DNA from: Bacilli bacterium | GTDB lineage: Bacteria > Bacillota_I > Bacilli_A > RF39 > UBA660 | Assembly (NCBI GenBank): GCA_036653735.1 | Contig: JAVVTI010000004.1 | Location: 1-43,912, forward strand | Direction of reading: 5' to 3' | DNA length: 43,912 nucleotides | Shown: one piece after another, positions 11,786 through 23,662 of the stretch | How positions within the stretch are numbered: position 1 is the stretch's first letter | Layout of the letters: each line of letters starts with the position of its first letter | Position numbers and translations under genes: made by a program | Notes under the pieces: model-generated | Seen by the model: the letters and a program-made list of their open reading frames with translations, nothing else | Databases searched by the model: none | Told to the model about the DNA's origin: nothing

Positions 11786-12400
11786 ATGGAGAACAATAAA
11801 GGACAGACAATTTTCTTGTCAGTAATTGGAGTTGCAACTTTATTAGTAGCTATTATTGGTGCTACTTTTGCGTATTTCACTGCAAGTGTTGCTGGTAACG
11901 ATAAAGCTTCATCAATATTAGTTAATACAGCTACTATAGCAAGTATTAATTTTCAAGATGGACCGCTTATATCTTTAGCAAATGCACTTCCAGGAGATTC
12001 TGCTACTAAGAATTTCACTGTTGCATTAGCTGGAACTGATAGTACTACTGTAGATATGTCATATGAAGTATTGTTAACTACTACTAATAGTGGTATAACA
12101 GACTTAAAATATACATTAACTTCTACTGGTGGTACACCTGTTCCTGCTGGACAACAAGCTTTAGGAACAACTGTAACTAATAAAAAAATTGGTACAGGAA
12201 CATTCTTAGCTGGAGCTACTGGAGCAGCAAGAAGTCATTCATGGAGTTTAGTAATTTTATTCCCTGAAACTGGCTCTAACCAAAATACACAACAAGGTAA
12301 GTCATTTACAGGAGCTGTTCAAGTTAAGTTCGCTGGTGGAAATGATATTTATTATAACAATTCTAATACAGGCGGAACTGGAACTAAACCAACAGTTTAA
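11786..12400 (+). CDS. Secreted protein with SipW-class signal peptide (TasA/CalY-like)
   Basis: Hydrophobic stretch ending GATFAYFT, LPGDS motif, C-terminal NQNTQQGKSFTG. Thr/Gly/Ala-rich. Confidence 0.7.
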   Translation: MENNKGQTIFLSVIGVATLLVAIIGATFAYFTASVAGNDKASSILVNTATIASINFQDGPLISLANALPGDSATKNFTVALAGTDSTTVDMSYEVLLTTTNSGITDLKYTLTSTGGTPVPAGQQALGTTVTNKKIGTGTFLAGATGAARSHSWSLVILFPETGSNQNTQQGKSFTGAVQVKFAGGNDIYYNNSNTGGTGTKPTV

Positions 12401-12423
12401 TAAATACTTACAATTAAAAAAAG

Positions 12424-12454
12424 AAAAAAGAAGTGGACTAGTCCTCTTTTTTTT
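12424..12454 (+). terminator. Possible intrinsic terminator
   Basis: A-tract, GGA-CTAG-TCC core with AAAAAAGA/TCTTTTTT arms, T-tract. Confidence 0.5.
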
Positions 12455-12480
12455 GTTATCATTATAATAGGAGTAATATT

Positions 12481-14094
12481 ATGAATATAAAAATAAGAAA
12501 AGAATTTTTAAAAACATTTAAAATAGCTAAATTAGAATATTTCTATAAACTTATAACATCTATAGGAATAAGAGGAATATTACTACTTATTCCATTACTC
12601 TTTGGTTATGTAATAAATGATGTAACATGCAAAAATTATGAAAAAGCAGTTATACTTTGTTTAATATTGATAATAGTAGCAGCTATCTATAAAATAATAG
12701 AAGTACTAAATAAAAAATCATATTTTATGCTATATAATAAAATATATACATACTATAATAATTTAGCATTAGACAAAACCAAAGATAATTCATTATTTAG
12801 TTTATCAAGATTTGATATAGGAGAATATAACAATATATTAACAACTGATACTGACCTAATTTCACTTTACTTTAGTGCTCTAGTAATAAGAATAGTACTA
12901 ATAATTGAATTTCTAATAGTATTTGTTTACTTCTATTACATAAACATCTATATATTTTTTATGGCACTCATATTAACTATTACATTGTATATTATATCCT
13001 TAAGAGACAACAATAAAATTCAAAAATTAAATGAAAAAAGTAAAAATGAATATGATAAAATGAATTCATCAGTTATAGAGTATTTCTCAGGTATAAAAGA
13101 AATTAAAAGCTTTAACATCTTTGAAAAAATAGTAAGTAATGTAAAAAGTGATACATTATCATACTTAAATGCATCAGAAAAATATAATGTAACATTTTTT
13201 CGTAATAATTCAATTATTCTTTACTTCTTTGAATTTGTAAGAATGCTAAGTATTATATTTGGAATATACTTAATAAGTATAGGTAAGATGGAACTAGGCG
13301 CTCTTATAGTAATATTTAACTATTATCAAAAAATAATAGAAAACTTCTTAGCAATCCTAACAGTTAATGTAGAAACTAGAGGCGTAAAAGTTTCATTAGC
13401 AAGATTTAATAAACTAATAGAATATACACATAAAAAAGAAAATAAAACTGCAGGACCACTCCATATAGATGGAAACATAGTATTTAAAAAAATACTTTAT
13501 GGATATAAGGCTAATCCAACTCTTAAAAATATCTCATTTGATATAAAACCCAACACTATAACAGTTCTAACAGGCAGAAATGAAGTTGCACAAAATGCAG
13601 TGTTTGATCTATTACTAAAACTTAATAGACAACATACAGGAGATATTTTAATAGACAATATAGATATAAATGATATAGATGATGACGATTATTTCTCATT
13701 TATTTCAATGTCAAGAAAACCATCATACTTCTTTAATATGTCAATTATAAACAACCTAAAAATGATAGATCAGGATGAAAATCATATTATAGAAATGTGT
13801 AAGAAAATAGGTCTTCATGATGAAATAATGGCGTTACCTTCTAAATATGAAACAATAATGAAACCTAACATTCAAGTAAATGAAAGTTTTAAAGAACTTC
13901 TTTCTATAGCACGTATGTTCCTTAAAAATAGTAAAATCTTACTATTTGATGATACAATAAACAATCTTAGTGATCCAGAACAAATAAAAATACTAAAACT
14001 ATTGAATAATTATAAGAAAAGTCATACAATTATAGTAATAGGACATGAAAAATATATACTAAAAAATGCTGATAAAATTATTGAATTTAATTAG
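12481..14094 (+). CDS. ABC exporter half-transporter (TMD+NBD) with degenerate ATPase motifs
   Basis: About six TM segments, E..SGIKEIKSF coupling helix. NBD with GRNEVAQN at Walker A, LLFDD Walker B, IGH switch. Confidence 0.85.
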   Translation: MNIKIRKEFLKTFKIAKLEYFYKLITSIGIRGILLLIPLLFGYVINDVTCKNYEKAVILCLILIIVAAIYKIIEVLNKKSYFMLYNKIYTYYNNLALDKTKDNSLFSLSRFDIGEYNNILTTDTDLISLYFSALVIRIVLIIEFLIVFVYFYYINIYIFFMALILTITLYIISLRDNNKIQKLNEKSKNEYDKMNSSVIEYFSGIKEIKSFNIFEKIVSNVKSDTLSYLNASEKYNVTFFRNNSIILYFFEFVRMLSIIFGIYLISIGKMELGALIVIFNYYQKIIENFLAILTVNVETRGVKVSLARFNKLIEYTHKKENKTAGPLHIDGNIVFKKILYGYKANPTLKNISFDIKPNTITVLTGRNEVAQNAVFDLLLKLNRQHTGDILIDNIDINDIDDDDYFSFISMSRKPSYFFNMSIINNLKMIDQDENHIIEMCKKIGLHDEIMALPSKYETIMKPNIQVNESFKELLSIARMFLKNSKILLFDDTINNLSDPEQIKILKLLNNYKKSHTIIVIGHEKYILKNADKIIEFN

Positions 14095-14103
14095 GAGGAA
14101 CTA

Positions 14104-15024
14104 TTGAAAAAATGTATTATTATATATAACCCATTAAGTGGTCATTTAAAAAAGCAAGAAGTATTAGATAACCTATATAATACACTAGAGAAAAATGGAT
14201 ATGAAACTAAACTTATAAAAACCGAAAGAAAAAAACATGCTTGTGAAATAGTTGAGAACCTAGACCACTATGATCTAGTAATATGTGCTGGAGGTGATGG
14301 TACATTAAATGAAACAATAACAGGAAACGATAAAAGAACAAATAAACTACTTCTAGCACACCTTCCATTTGGAACTTGTAATGATGTAGGAACTATGTAT
14401 GGCTTTACTAAAAACTATCTAAAAGATGTAGATGCCCTACTTAATGGAGTAGAAAAAACCATAGACGTATGTAAAATAAATGATCATCCATTTATATATG
14501 TAGCTTGCTTTGGTGACTTTATAGATGTATCATACGAAACCCCAAGAGAAATGAAAGCTACATATGGTCGTTTAGCATACATATTTTATGGAATTGGTAA
14601 AATAACAAGAAACCTAAGTACATATAAACTAAAATATAAAATAGATGATAAAGAAGTGAGTGGTGAATACTCTTTTATATTTGTAACAAATAGTTCCCGT
14701 GTAGCAGGAGTAAACGACATATATAAAGATGTAAAACTAGATGATAAGAAATTCGAAGTAGTATTTTGTAAAGCAAAAACTAAAGTAGAACTTTTATCTA
14801 TTGGTACTCAAATGATAGCTACAGAAATAAAAAATATAAAAGCATTTGAGTACTATAAAACAGATAATCTTATAATAGAATTTGAAGAAGTACCTCCTAA
14901 AAGCTGGGGAATAGATGGAGAAGAATATCCTAATAATAATAAAATATTTACATTTTCTCTAAATCATAATATGAAAATGTTAATGCCACAAAAAAGAATA
15001 AAAAAATTATTTGAAAACAATTGA
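14104..15024 (+). CDS. Diacylglycerol kinase family lipid kinase (DgkB/YegS-like)
   Basis: YNPLSG, GGDGTLNE, PFGTCND, IDGE motifs. TTG start with RBS AGGAGG. Confidence 0.92.
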   Translation: MKKCIIIYNPLSGHLKKQEVLDNLYNTLEKNGYETKLIKTERKKHACEIVENLDHYDLVICAGGDGTLNETITGNDKRTNKLLLAHLPFGTCNDVGTMYGFTKNYLKDVDALLNGVEKTIDVCKINDHPFIYVACFGDFIDVSYETPREMKATYGRLAYIFYGIGKITRNLSTYKLKYKIDDKEVSGEYSFIFVTNSSRVAGVNDIYKDVKLDDKKFEVVFCKAKTKVELLSIGTQMIATEIKNIKAFEYYKTDNLIIEFEEVPPKSWGIDGEEYPNNNKIFTFSLNHNMKMLMPQKRIKKLFENN

Positions 15025-15049
15025 TAATATTATAAAAATATATTATAAT
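15021..15049 (+). promoter_or_regulatory. Sigma-A-type promoter
   Basis: TTGATA-17 bp-TATAAT upstream of 15074. Confidence 0.6.
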
Positions 15050-15073
15050 TAACTAAAGAGTAGGTGAGGACAA

Positions 15074-17427
<2,354 letters not shown>

Positions 17428-17506
17428 TATAATATTTAATGCACCAATATTTAAGTATAGAAAAATAACATAAAATATAGTATAATTATAACCAAGGAGA
17501 TATTAC

Positions 17507-17971
17507 ATGAAAAAAAAGTTTATGAAAAATAAAATCTTATATATTCTAATTACGATAGTTCTTATTTGTTTTATACTAATAGGAGCTAGTCTAGTAAAAT
17601 ACTTTTACTTCGGAAGTGGTGAAAGTAAGTATGGAACAAGACTAAATGATATAGAGAAGCACAAACTACCTAAAGATATTGAAACTAAAATAAGTGCTTT
17701 ATATAAAGATGATAAGTCTGTTAATAGTGTTAAGTACGTTTTAAAAGGTAAAATCATATATATTACTATAGACTATAAAGAAGCTTTAAAACTTGCAGTA
17801 GCACAAACTACTGCCTTAAAAACTTTAGAAGCGTTTAGTAAAGAAGACCTAACATTTTATGATTTGCAATTTACTTTAACTGCAAATACTTTAACTGAAA
17901 AAAGCGATATTTTTCCAACTATGGGCTATAAAAATGCAAAAAGTGAAAACGTATCTTGGATAAGGGGATAA
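17507..17971 (+). CDS. Membrane-anchored hypothetical protein
   Basis: Single N-terminal TM helix. RBS AAGGAG. Coupled to the next gene. Confidence 0.75.
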   Translation: MKKKFMKNKILYILITIVLICFILIGASLVKYFYFGSGESKYGTRLNDIEKHKLPKDIETKISALYKDDKSVNSVKYVLKGKIIYITIDYKEALKLAVAQTTALKTLEAFSKEDLTFYDLQFTLTANTLTEKSDIFPTMGYKNAKSENVSWIRG

Positions 17972-17972
17972 A

Positions 17973-20000
17973 ATGAAAAAAAGTAAGAAAAACCTGATAA
18001 TAATTATTTCTTCGTTAATACTGTTAACAGTATTAACTCTAGTAGGTATTATGGTATACAACTCATCACTTCATAATTACTCTTTTAGCGAAAAAAAATG
18101 GATGAGTGATAACTCTAAAAACATAATAGATATACATGTAGATCCTATGCTACCAGTTTTCTCATATAAAGGAAATGGTGTATACATGGACTTCCTTAAA
18201 GATGCTGAAAAAGATACTAAACTATCTTTTAATATTGTATACGATGCAGCATCTGATTATAGTTTAAGTATAAAGAATAAGATTACTAAAGATGACTTAG
18301 TATTTTATGAAGATCATTTTATAGTAGTATCTAATAGTAAAATAAAAATTAATAATCTATCAGAACTTAAAAACTATAAAATAGGAGTACTATCTAAAGA
18401 TGCATCAGATATTTCATATTACTTAACTGATTATCCATCAGTTTCACTTACTAATTATGAAACAATAGATGACCTAAACTCAGCATTTGATTCATCTGCA
18501 ATAAACGCAGCAATAGTACCTATGTACGAATATATGAATAAAATAATTACATCATCACTTAATATATCATATCATTTAGGCTCACTTAAAAACTATTATA
18601 CTCTAAAAGTTAATCCTAATAATAAAGAACTAAGTTCTATATTCTCTAAATTCTTATCAAAATGGAAAAATAAAGCTAATGAAAAAATTAATGAACACTT
18701 TTTAGATTTATATTATGAAATAAAAGATTACACAGAGTTAGAAAAAGAATCAATTATAAATGATGACTTAATAGTAGGATATATTGATAATATGCCTTTT
18801 GAAGGTAAAGTAAATGGTACATTTACCGGAGTAACAGGACTTTACCTTAATAAGTTTTCATCCCTTACAAGTGCAACATATAAATATATTAGATACAAAG
18901 ATATAAATAAACTAGTAGGTGCTTTAGATGGAGAAAAAGTAGATATAGCACATAACTACTATGGAGCAACAAGTGGTAAATATGCCAATAGTATTACTCT
19001 AGGTAATAGTGAATATGTAGTATTAGCATCAAAAGATTCAAACCTTATAGTAGATACATTACATAGTTTAAAAGGTAAAGAAATAGTTACTCTAGGAGGA
19101 AGAAATCTTAGAAACAAACTAGCAGAAAAGAATATATTTACAATCATAGAATACCCAGATATTAAAAAACTACTAAAAAAAGTGGATAAACATTCAATAA
19201 TAATATTAGAAAAAGAAGTTTATGACTACTATAAAACAAATAAACTTAAAAAATATAATATTAGATTCACTGATACAATAGTACTTAATAATACATTCCT
19301 ACTAAGTCAAAAGAATAAACCACTAAGTGATTTATATAACTTTTATTTAACTACGCTTAATCCAAGTGAAATAAATACCTTAGCACTTAACCAATCATTA
19401 AAAGACTTACATACTAATGTAATAACATCTTTCTTAGTAGACAATATATTATATATTATTGCTTTTGGACTTCTAGTACTTTTTGTACTTCATAAATTTA
19501 ATAAAAGAATTAAAATAACTAAAAAAATTAAAAAAGAAGATAAAATGATGTACCTAGATGTTATGACTAACCTAAAAAATAGAAACTACCTAAATGATAA
19601 TATAGAATACTGGGAAAAGAATATAGTATTCCCACAAACTATAATAATGGTAGACTTAAATAATATAAAAGCACTTAATGATAAATATGGACATGAAGAA
19701 GGAGATGCTCAAATAGTAGCAGCATCCAACGTATTAATTAGAAACCAAAGAGATAACTCAGAGATAATAAGGACAGATGGAAATGAATTTCTTATATATA
19801 TGATAGGTTATGAAGAAAAAGTAATACTATCATACATACATAAAATAAATAAAGAAATAAAATCATCTCTACCTTATAAAGACTATGGAGTAGCAGTAGG
19901 CTATTCTATGATAAGAAGTGAAGTAGAAACTATAGATGATGCTATTAATGAAGCATCCTTAATGATGCGTAATAATAAAGAGGCATCACGTGAAGCATAG
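17973..20000 (+). CDS. Membrane sensor with extracellular solute-binding-like domains and a degenerate GGDEF domain
   Basis: Two TM helices, PBP-like repeats, D.MTNLKNR, DLNNIK..ND.YGHEEGD, and RTDGNEF in place of RxGGDEF. Confidence 0.85.
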   Translation: MKKSKKNLIIIISSLILLTVLTLVGIMVYNSSLHNYSFSEKKWMSDNSKNIIDIHVDPMLPVFSYKGNGVYMDFLKDAEKDTKLSFNIVYDAASDYSLSIKNKITKDDLVFYEDHFIVVSNSKIKINNLSELKNYKIGVLSKDASDISYYLTDYPSVSLTNYETIDDLNSAFDSSAINAAIVPMYEYMNKIITSSLNISYHLGSLKNYYTLKVNPNNKELSSIFSKFLSKWKNKANEKINEHFLDLYYEIKDYTELEKESIINDDLIVGYIDNMPFEGKVNGTFTGVTGLYLNKFSSLTSATYKYIRYKDINKLVGALDGEKVDIAHNYYGATSGKYANSITLGNSEYVVLASKDSNLIVDTLHSLKGKEIVTLGGRNLRNKLAEKNIFTIIEYPDIKKLLKKVDKHSIIILEKEVYDYYKTNKLKKYNIRFTDTIVLNNTFLLSQKNKPLSDLYNFYLTTLNPSEINTLALNQSLKDLHTNVITSFLVDNILYIIAFGLLVLFVLHKFNKRIKITKKIKKEDKMMYLDVMTNLKNRNYLNDNIEYWEKNIVFPQTIIMVDLNNIKALNDKYGHEEGDAQIVAASNVLIRNQRDNSEIIRTDGNEFLIYMIGYEEKVILSYIHKINKEIKSSLPYKDYGVAVGYSMIRSEVETIDDAINEASLMMRNNKEASREA

Positions 20001-20907
20001 ACTTCAAAAATATATAAAACATATAATAGAATTGTCTAGAAAAAAAGAACTTACAATATTACCTGGTAATCTAGCATTCTATTTTCTTGTCTCAATTATA
20101 CCAGTAGCATCTATTACCTTCTATATATGTACATTCTTTAATGCATCCCTAGAAGTAATAACATCCTTTATTAAAAATACCTTCTCAACAGATGTAGTAA
20201 GTATGCTTAATCCTATATTTATTAAACATGGATTCTCAATAGAAACCTTAATCTTTGTAGTAATGGCCTTCTTTATAGCAACTAATGGTGCAGATGCTAT
20301 AATAATAGCATCTAATAGCGTATTTAATATAGAAAATAAAGGAATAATTAGAAGAAGAATAAAAGCAATAATCCTAACAATACTTATAATACTACTATTC
20401 TCCTTTATGCTCTTTGTTCCTCTCTTTGGAGGACAAATACTTAATATGATACATTCTAGTGGTATAAAGAATATTATGATATACTCATTTAAAATACTAT
20501 ACCCAGTACTTAAAATACCAATAAGTATTATAATTATGTTCTTTCTTATAAAAGCAATATATACTATAGCACCTGATGAAAAAGTATCCTCATCAAGTGT
20601 TAATAAAGGAGCAATATTTACTACAACCTTGTGGCTTCTAGTAACATATGGATACTCACTATATATAAATACAATAGCAGGTAAGAACTTCTCAATATAC
20701 TATGGATCACTTGCTAACCTAATAATAGTACTAATGTGGTTCTATTTTCTAGCATATGTCTTTGTACTAGGATTAATAATGAACTATAGAAATGTTAATA
20801 AAGATATAGAACTAACTAATACATTTAAATTACAAGAATTAAATAATAAAGTTTCACAAATAAAACTTGATACAGTAGATATAAAGAATAAAAAAACTAG
20901 TAAATAA
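19990..20907 (+). CDS. YihY/BrkB family membrane protein
   Basis: LAFYFLVSIIP, YYGSL...IVLMWFY motifs, multiple TM helices. Confidence 0.9.
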   Translation: MKHRLQKYIKHIIELSRKKELTILPGNLAFYFLVSIIPVASITFYICTFFNASLEVITSFIKNTFSTDVVSMLNPIFIKHGFSIETLIFVVMAFFIATNGADAIIIASNSVFNIENKGIIRRRIKAIILTILIILLFSFMLFVPLFGGQILNMIHSSGIKNIMIYSFKILYPVLKIPISIIIMFFLIKAIYTIAPDEKVSSSSVNKGAIFTTTLWLLVTYGYSLYINTIAGKNFSIYYGSLANLIIVLMWFYFLAYVFVLGLIMNYRNVNKDIELTNTFKLQELNNKVSQIKLDTVDIKNKKTSK

Positions 20908-20994
20908 GAATACTTCTGTTTTACATTTATTACTCATAATAAATTGGTAAAGCATTCTTTAAAGTGGTATAATAGTACAGAAAGGATATCCTAA

Positions 20995-22974
20995 ATGAAA
21001 CATAAAACTATAATAAACAATATAAAAAAATACACATCTACTAATATTTTATTTATTAGTTATTGTTTATGTGCAGTAGTTTTAGATATAATATTAAGAG
21101 GTATAACAGGAAGCTCTATATTTTCTATAAGACCTATTCTAACTGATGCAGCCTTTGTAATAATGATAGGCTCTTTTGGTTACTTGTTAAAACCTAAAAA
21201 CCAAATAAAATACTTCTTTACTTTAACCTTTATGTTTATGCTCCTTTGTACTATAAATGCTGTATACTATGAATTCTATGAGTCCTATGCTTCATTTAAC
21301 TTAATATCTACATTACCAATGATAGAAGCAGTAGATGACTCAGTATACCAAAAGATACACTTCTCACAATTTATATATCTTTTCTTTCCTTTTATATTAC
21401 TTATAATACACAAAGTACTAAAAAAACAAAATTACTATGTAAAAAATAGTGAAGAAAAAAGAAAGAAAATGTTTAAATATACTTTTTTTACAGGCTTATT
21501 ATTTACTATATTACTCTTTGCTTCCCTAAAACCATCTGACTACTCACGTTTACTTAAACAATGGAATAGAGAATACCTAGTGCATAAAATGGGTATATAT
21601 ATATACCAAGCTAATGATATAATTCAAAGTGTACAACCTAAAATAAATACTATGTTTGGCTTTGATAAAGACTATAAGACTTTTAGAGACTTCTATGATA
21701 AAAAAGCCAAAGAAAAGATAACTACTAATAAATATACTAATGTATTTAAGGGTAAAAACGTTATATTTATACATGGAGAAAGTATTCAAACATTCCTAAT
21801 AGATTTAAAAATAGGTGATAAAGAAGTAACGCCCAACCTAAATAAACTTGCTAAAAAGAGTATGTATTTTTCTAAATTCTATCCTCAAATAAGTGTAGGA
21901 ACATCATCAGATACAGAGTTTACTCTATCAACAGGACTAATGCCATCCTCTAGTGGAACAGTCTTTGTATCATATTCTAATGTAGAATATGATACAATGC
22001 AGAAATACCTAAAAGATAATGGATACTTTATATATAGTATGCATGGTAATAAGGCAGACTACTGGAATAGAAAAGTAATGCATAAAAGTTTAGGATACGA
22101 TAAGTTTTATGCAAAAGACTTCTATAATGTAACACCAGAAAATACTATAGGATTAGGTATAAGTGATAAAGCTTTCTTTGAACAAAGTATACCTGAAATG
22201 AAAAAGATAAAAGAAGAACATTCACCATTTATGTCAACCATAATAACATTATCTAACCACTCATCATTCAATCATACTGATAAATATGGTATGTTTGATG
22301 TATCAATGAAATATAATGATCCTATTACTAATGAAGAAAAAACAGCCCCATACCTAGAGGGCACATATATGGGAGATTATCTAAAAAGTGTTAGATATGC
22401 AGATGAAGCTCTAGGAGAGTTCATTGAAGCCCTAGATAAAGAAGGTATTTTAGATAATACAGTATTCATATTCTATGGAGACCATGAAGCAAGATTATCA
22501 CAAAAACAGTTCGAACTACTATATAACTATGATCCTATAAAAGATGATTTAAAAGATAAAACAGACCCAAGCTATATATCATTTGATAACTATGGATATG
22601 ATATGACAAAGAATACACCATTAATTATATACTCAAAAGATAATAATATTGCATTTGAAAACAAAGATATAATGGGTATGTATGATATACTTCCAACACT
22701 CGCTAATATGTTTGGATTTAAAGAAAAATACTCTCTAGGCCACGATATATATAGTAACCATGAAAAAATAGCTATATTTCCAAATGGGGACTTCATAACA
22801 AACAAAGTATACTATGGTAACCTAAAAAATGAATATGTACTATTAGATGATAAACCTATAGATACAAACTATATAAAAAGATTAAAAGAATATACTAATG
22901 AGAGATTAAACGTATCAAATGCTATTATCTATCATGATTTAATTAAATATTCAAAAGGAAAAGAGGAAAAGTAA
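20995..22974 (+). CDS. ltaS: LTA synthase family protein
   Basis: Five N-terminal TM helices, sulfatase-like domain with HGESIQ, GTSSDTEF, H.N...WNR, TLSNH, YGDH. Confidence 0.88.
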   Translation: MKHKTIINNIKKYTSTNILFISYCLCAVVLDIILRGITGSSIFSIRPILTDAAFVIMIGSFGYLLKPKNQIKYFFTLTFMFMLLCTINAVYYEFYESYASFNLISTLPMIEAVDDSVYQKIHFSQFIYLFFPFILLIIHKVLKKQNYYVKNSEEKRKKMFKYTFFTGLLFTILLFASLKPSDYSRLLKQWNREYLVHKMGIYIYQANDIIQSVQPKINTMFGFDKDYKTFRDFYDKKAKEKITTNKYTNVFKGKNVIFIHGESIQTFLIDLKIGDKEVTPNLNKLAKKSMYFSKFYPQISVGTSSDTEFTLSTGLMPSSSGTVFVSYSNVEYDTMQKYLKDNGYFIYSMHGNKADYWNRKVMHKSLGYDKFYAKDFYNVTPENTIGLGISDKAFFEQSIPEMKKIKEEHSPFMSTIITLSNHSSFNHTDKYGMFDVSMKYNDPITNEEKTAPYLEGTYMGDYLKSVRYADEALGEFIEALDKEGILDNTVFIFYGDHEARLSQKQFELLYNYDPIKDDLKDKTDPSYISFDNYGYDMTKNTPLIIYSKDNNIAFENKDIMGMYDILPTLANMFGFKEKYSLGHDIYSNHEKIAIFPNGDFITNKVYYGNLKNEYVLLDDKPIDTNYIKRLKEYTNERLNVSNAIIYHDLIKYSKGKEEK

Positions 22975-23622
22975 ATGAAAAAAAATAAAACTGATAAACC
23001 TAAACTAAAGAAAGCACCAATAATAATTATTATAGAATTAATAGTGTTATTTCTATTTGTAGGAGTAGTAGGATATCAAATTAAAAAAGACTTCTTCACA
23101 AAAGAAAAAGAGGCAATTAATAAAGTAGAAGAAAAAGATAATATAAAAGAATATGGATATACACTAGATGATAGAGACACTGCCTTATTTAAAAAAGAAT
23201 ACAATTCATTAAAAGAACTACTAAATAAAAAAGAAATAGACTATAAAATCTATGCTGAAACATTAACAAAGATGTTCGTAATAGACTTCTATACATTAAA
23301 TAATAAATTTACTAGTACTGATATAGGATCCCTAGAGTTTGTACACCCAGATCAACTAGAAAACTTTAAATTAAATGCTGGAAAAACAATGTATAAAGGA
23401 ATAAAGAGTAACCTATATGATGATAGAGTGCAAGAACTACCTACTGTAATAAGCACAACACTCATATCAAATGAACCAACAAGTTATATATATAATAAGA
23501 AAACATATGAAGCATACAAAATAAAAATATCATGGGAATATGATAAAGACCTAGGATATGAAAAAGAAGGCACATTTATCTGTATTAAAGATAATAAGAA
23601 GATATACATAGTTAGTAAATAA
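22975..23622 (+). CDS. Membrane-anchored hypothetical protein
   Basis: One N-terminal TM helix. Abuts ltaS. Confidence 0.75.
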   Translation: MKKNKTDKPKLKKAPIIIIIELIVLFLFVGVVGYQIKKDFFTKEKEAINKVEEKDNIKEYGYTLDDRDTALFKKEYNSLKELLNKKEIDYKIYAETLTKMFVIDFYTLNNKFTSTDIGSLEFVHPDQLENFKLNAGKTMYKGIKSNLYDDRVQELPTVISTTLISNEPTSYIYNKKTYEAYKIKISWEYDKDLGYEKEGTFICIKDNKKIYIVSK

Positions 23623-23647
23623 AAACTAAAGCAAAGCTTTAGTTTTT
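23621..23647. terminator. Bidirectional intrinsic terminator
   Basis: AAAAACTAAAGC-AAA-GCTTTAGTTTTT perfect inverted repeat between convergent genes. Confidence 0.8.
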
Positions 23648-23662
23648 TATTTACTTATTTAT

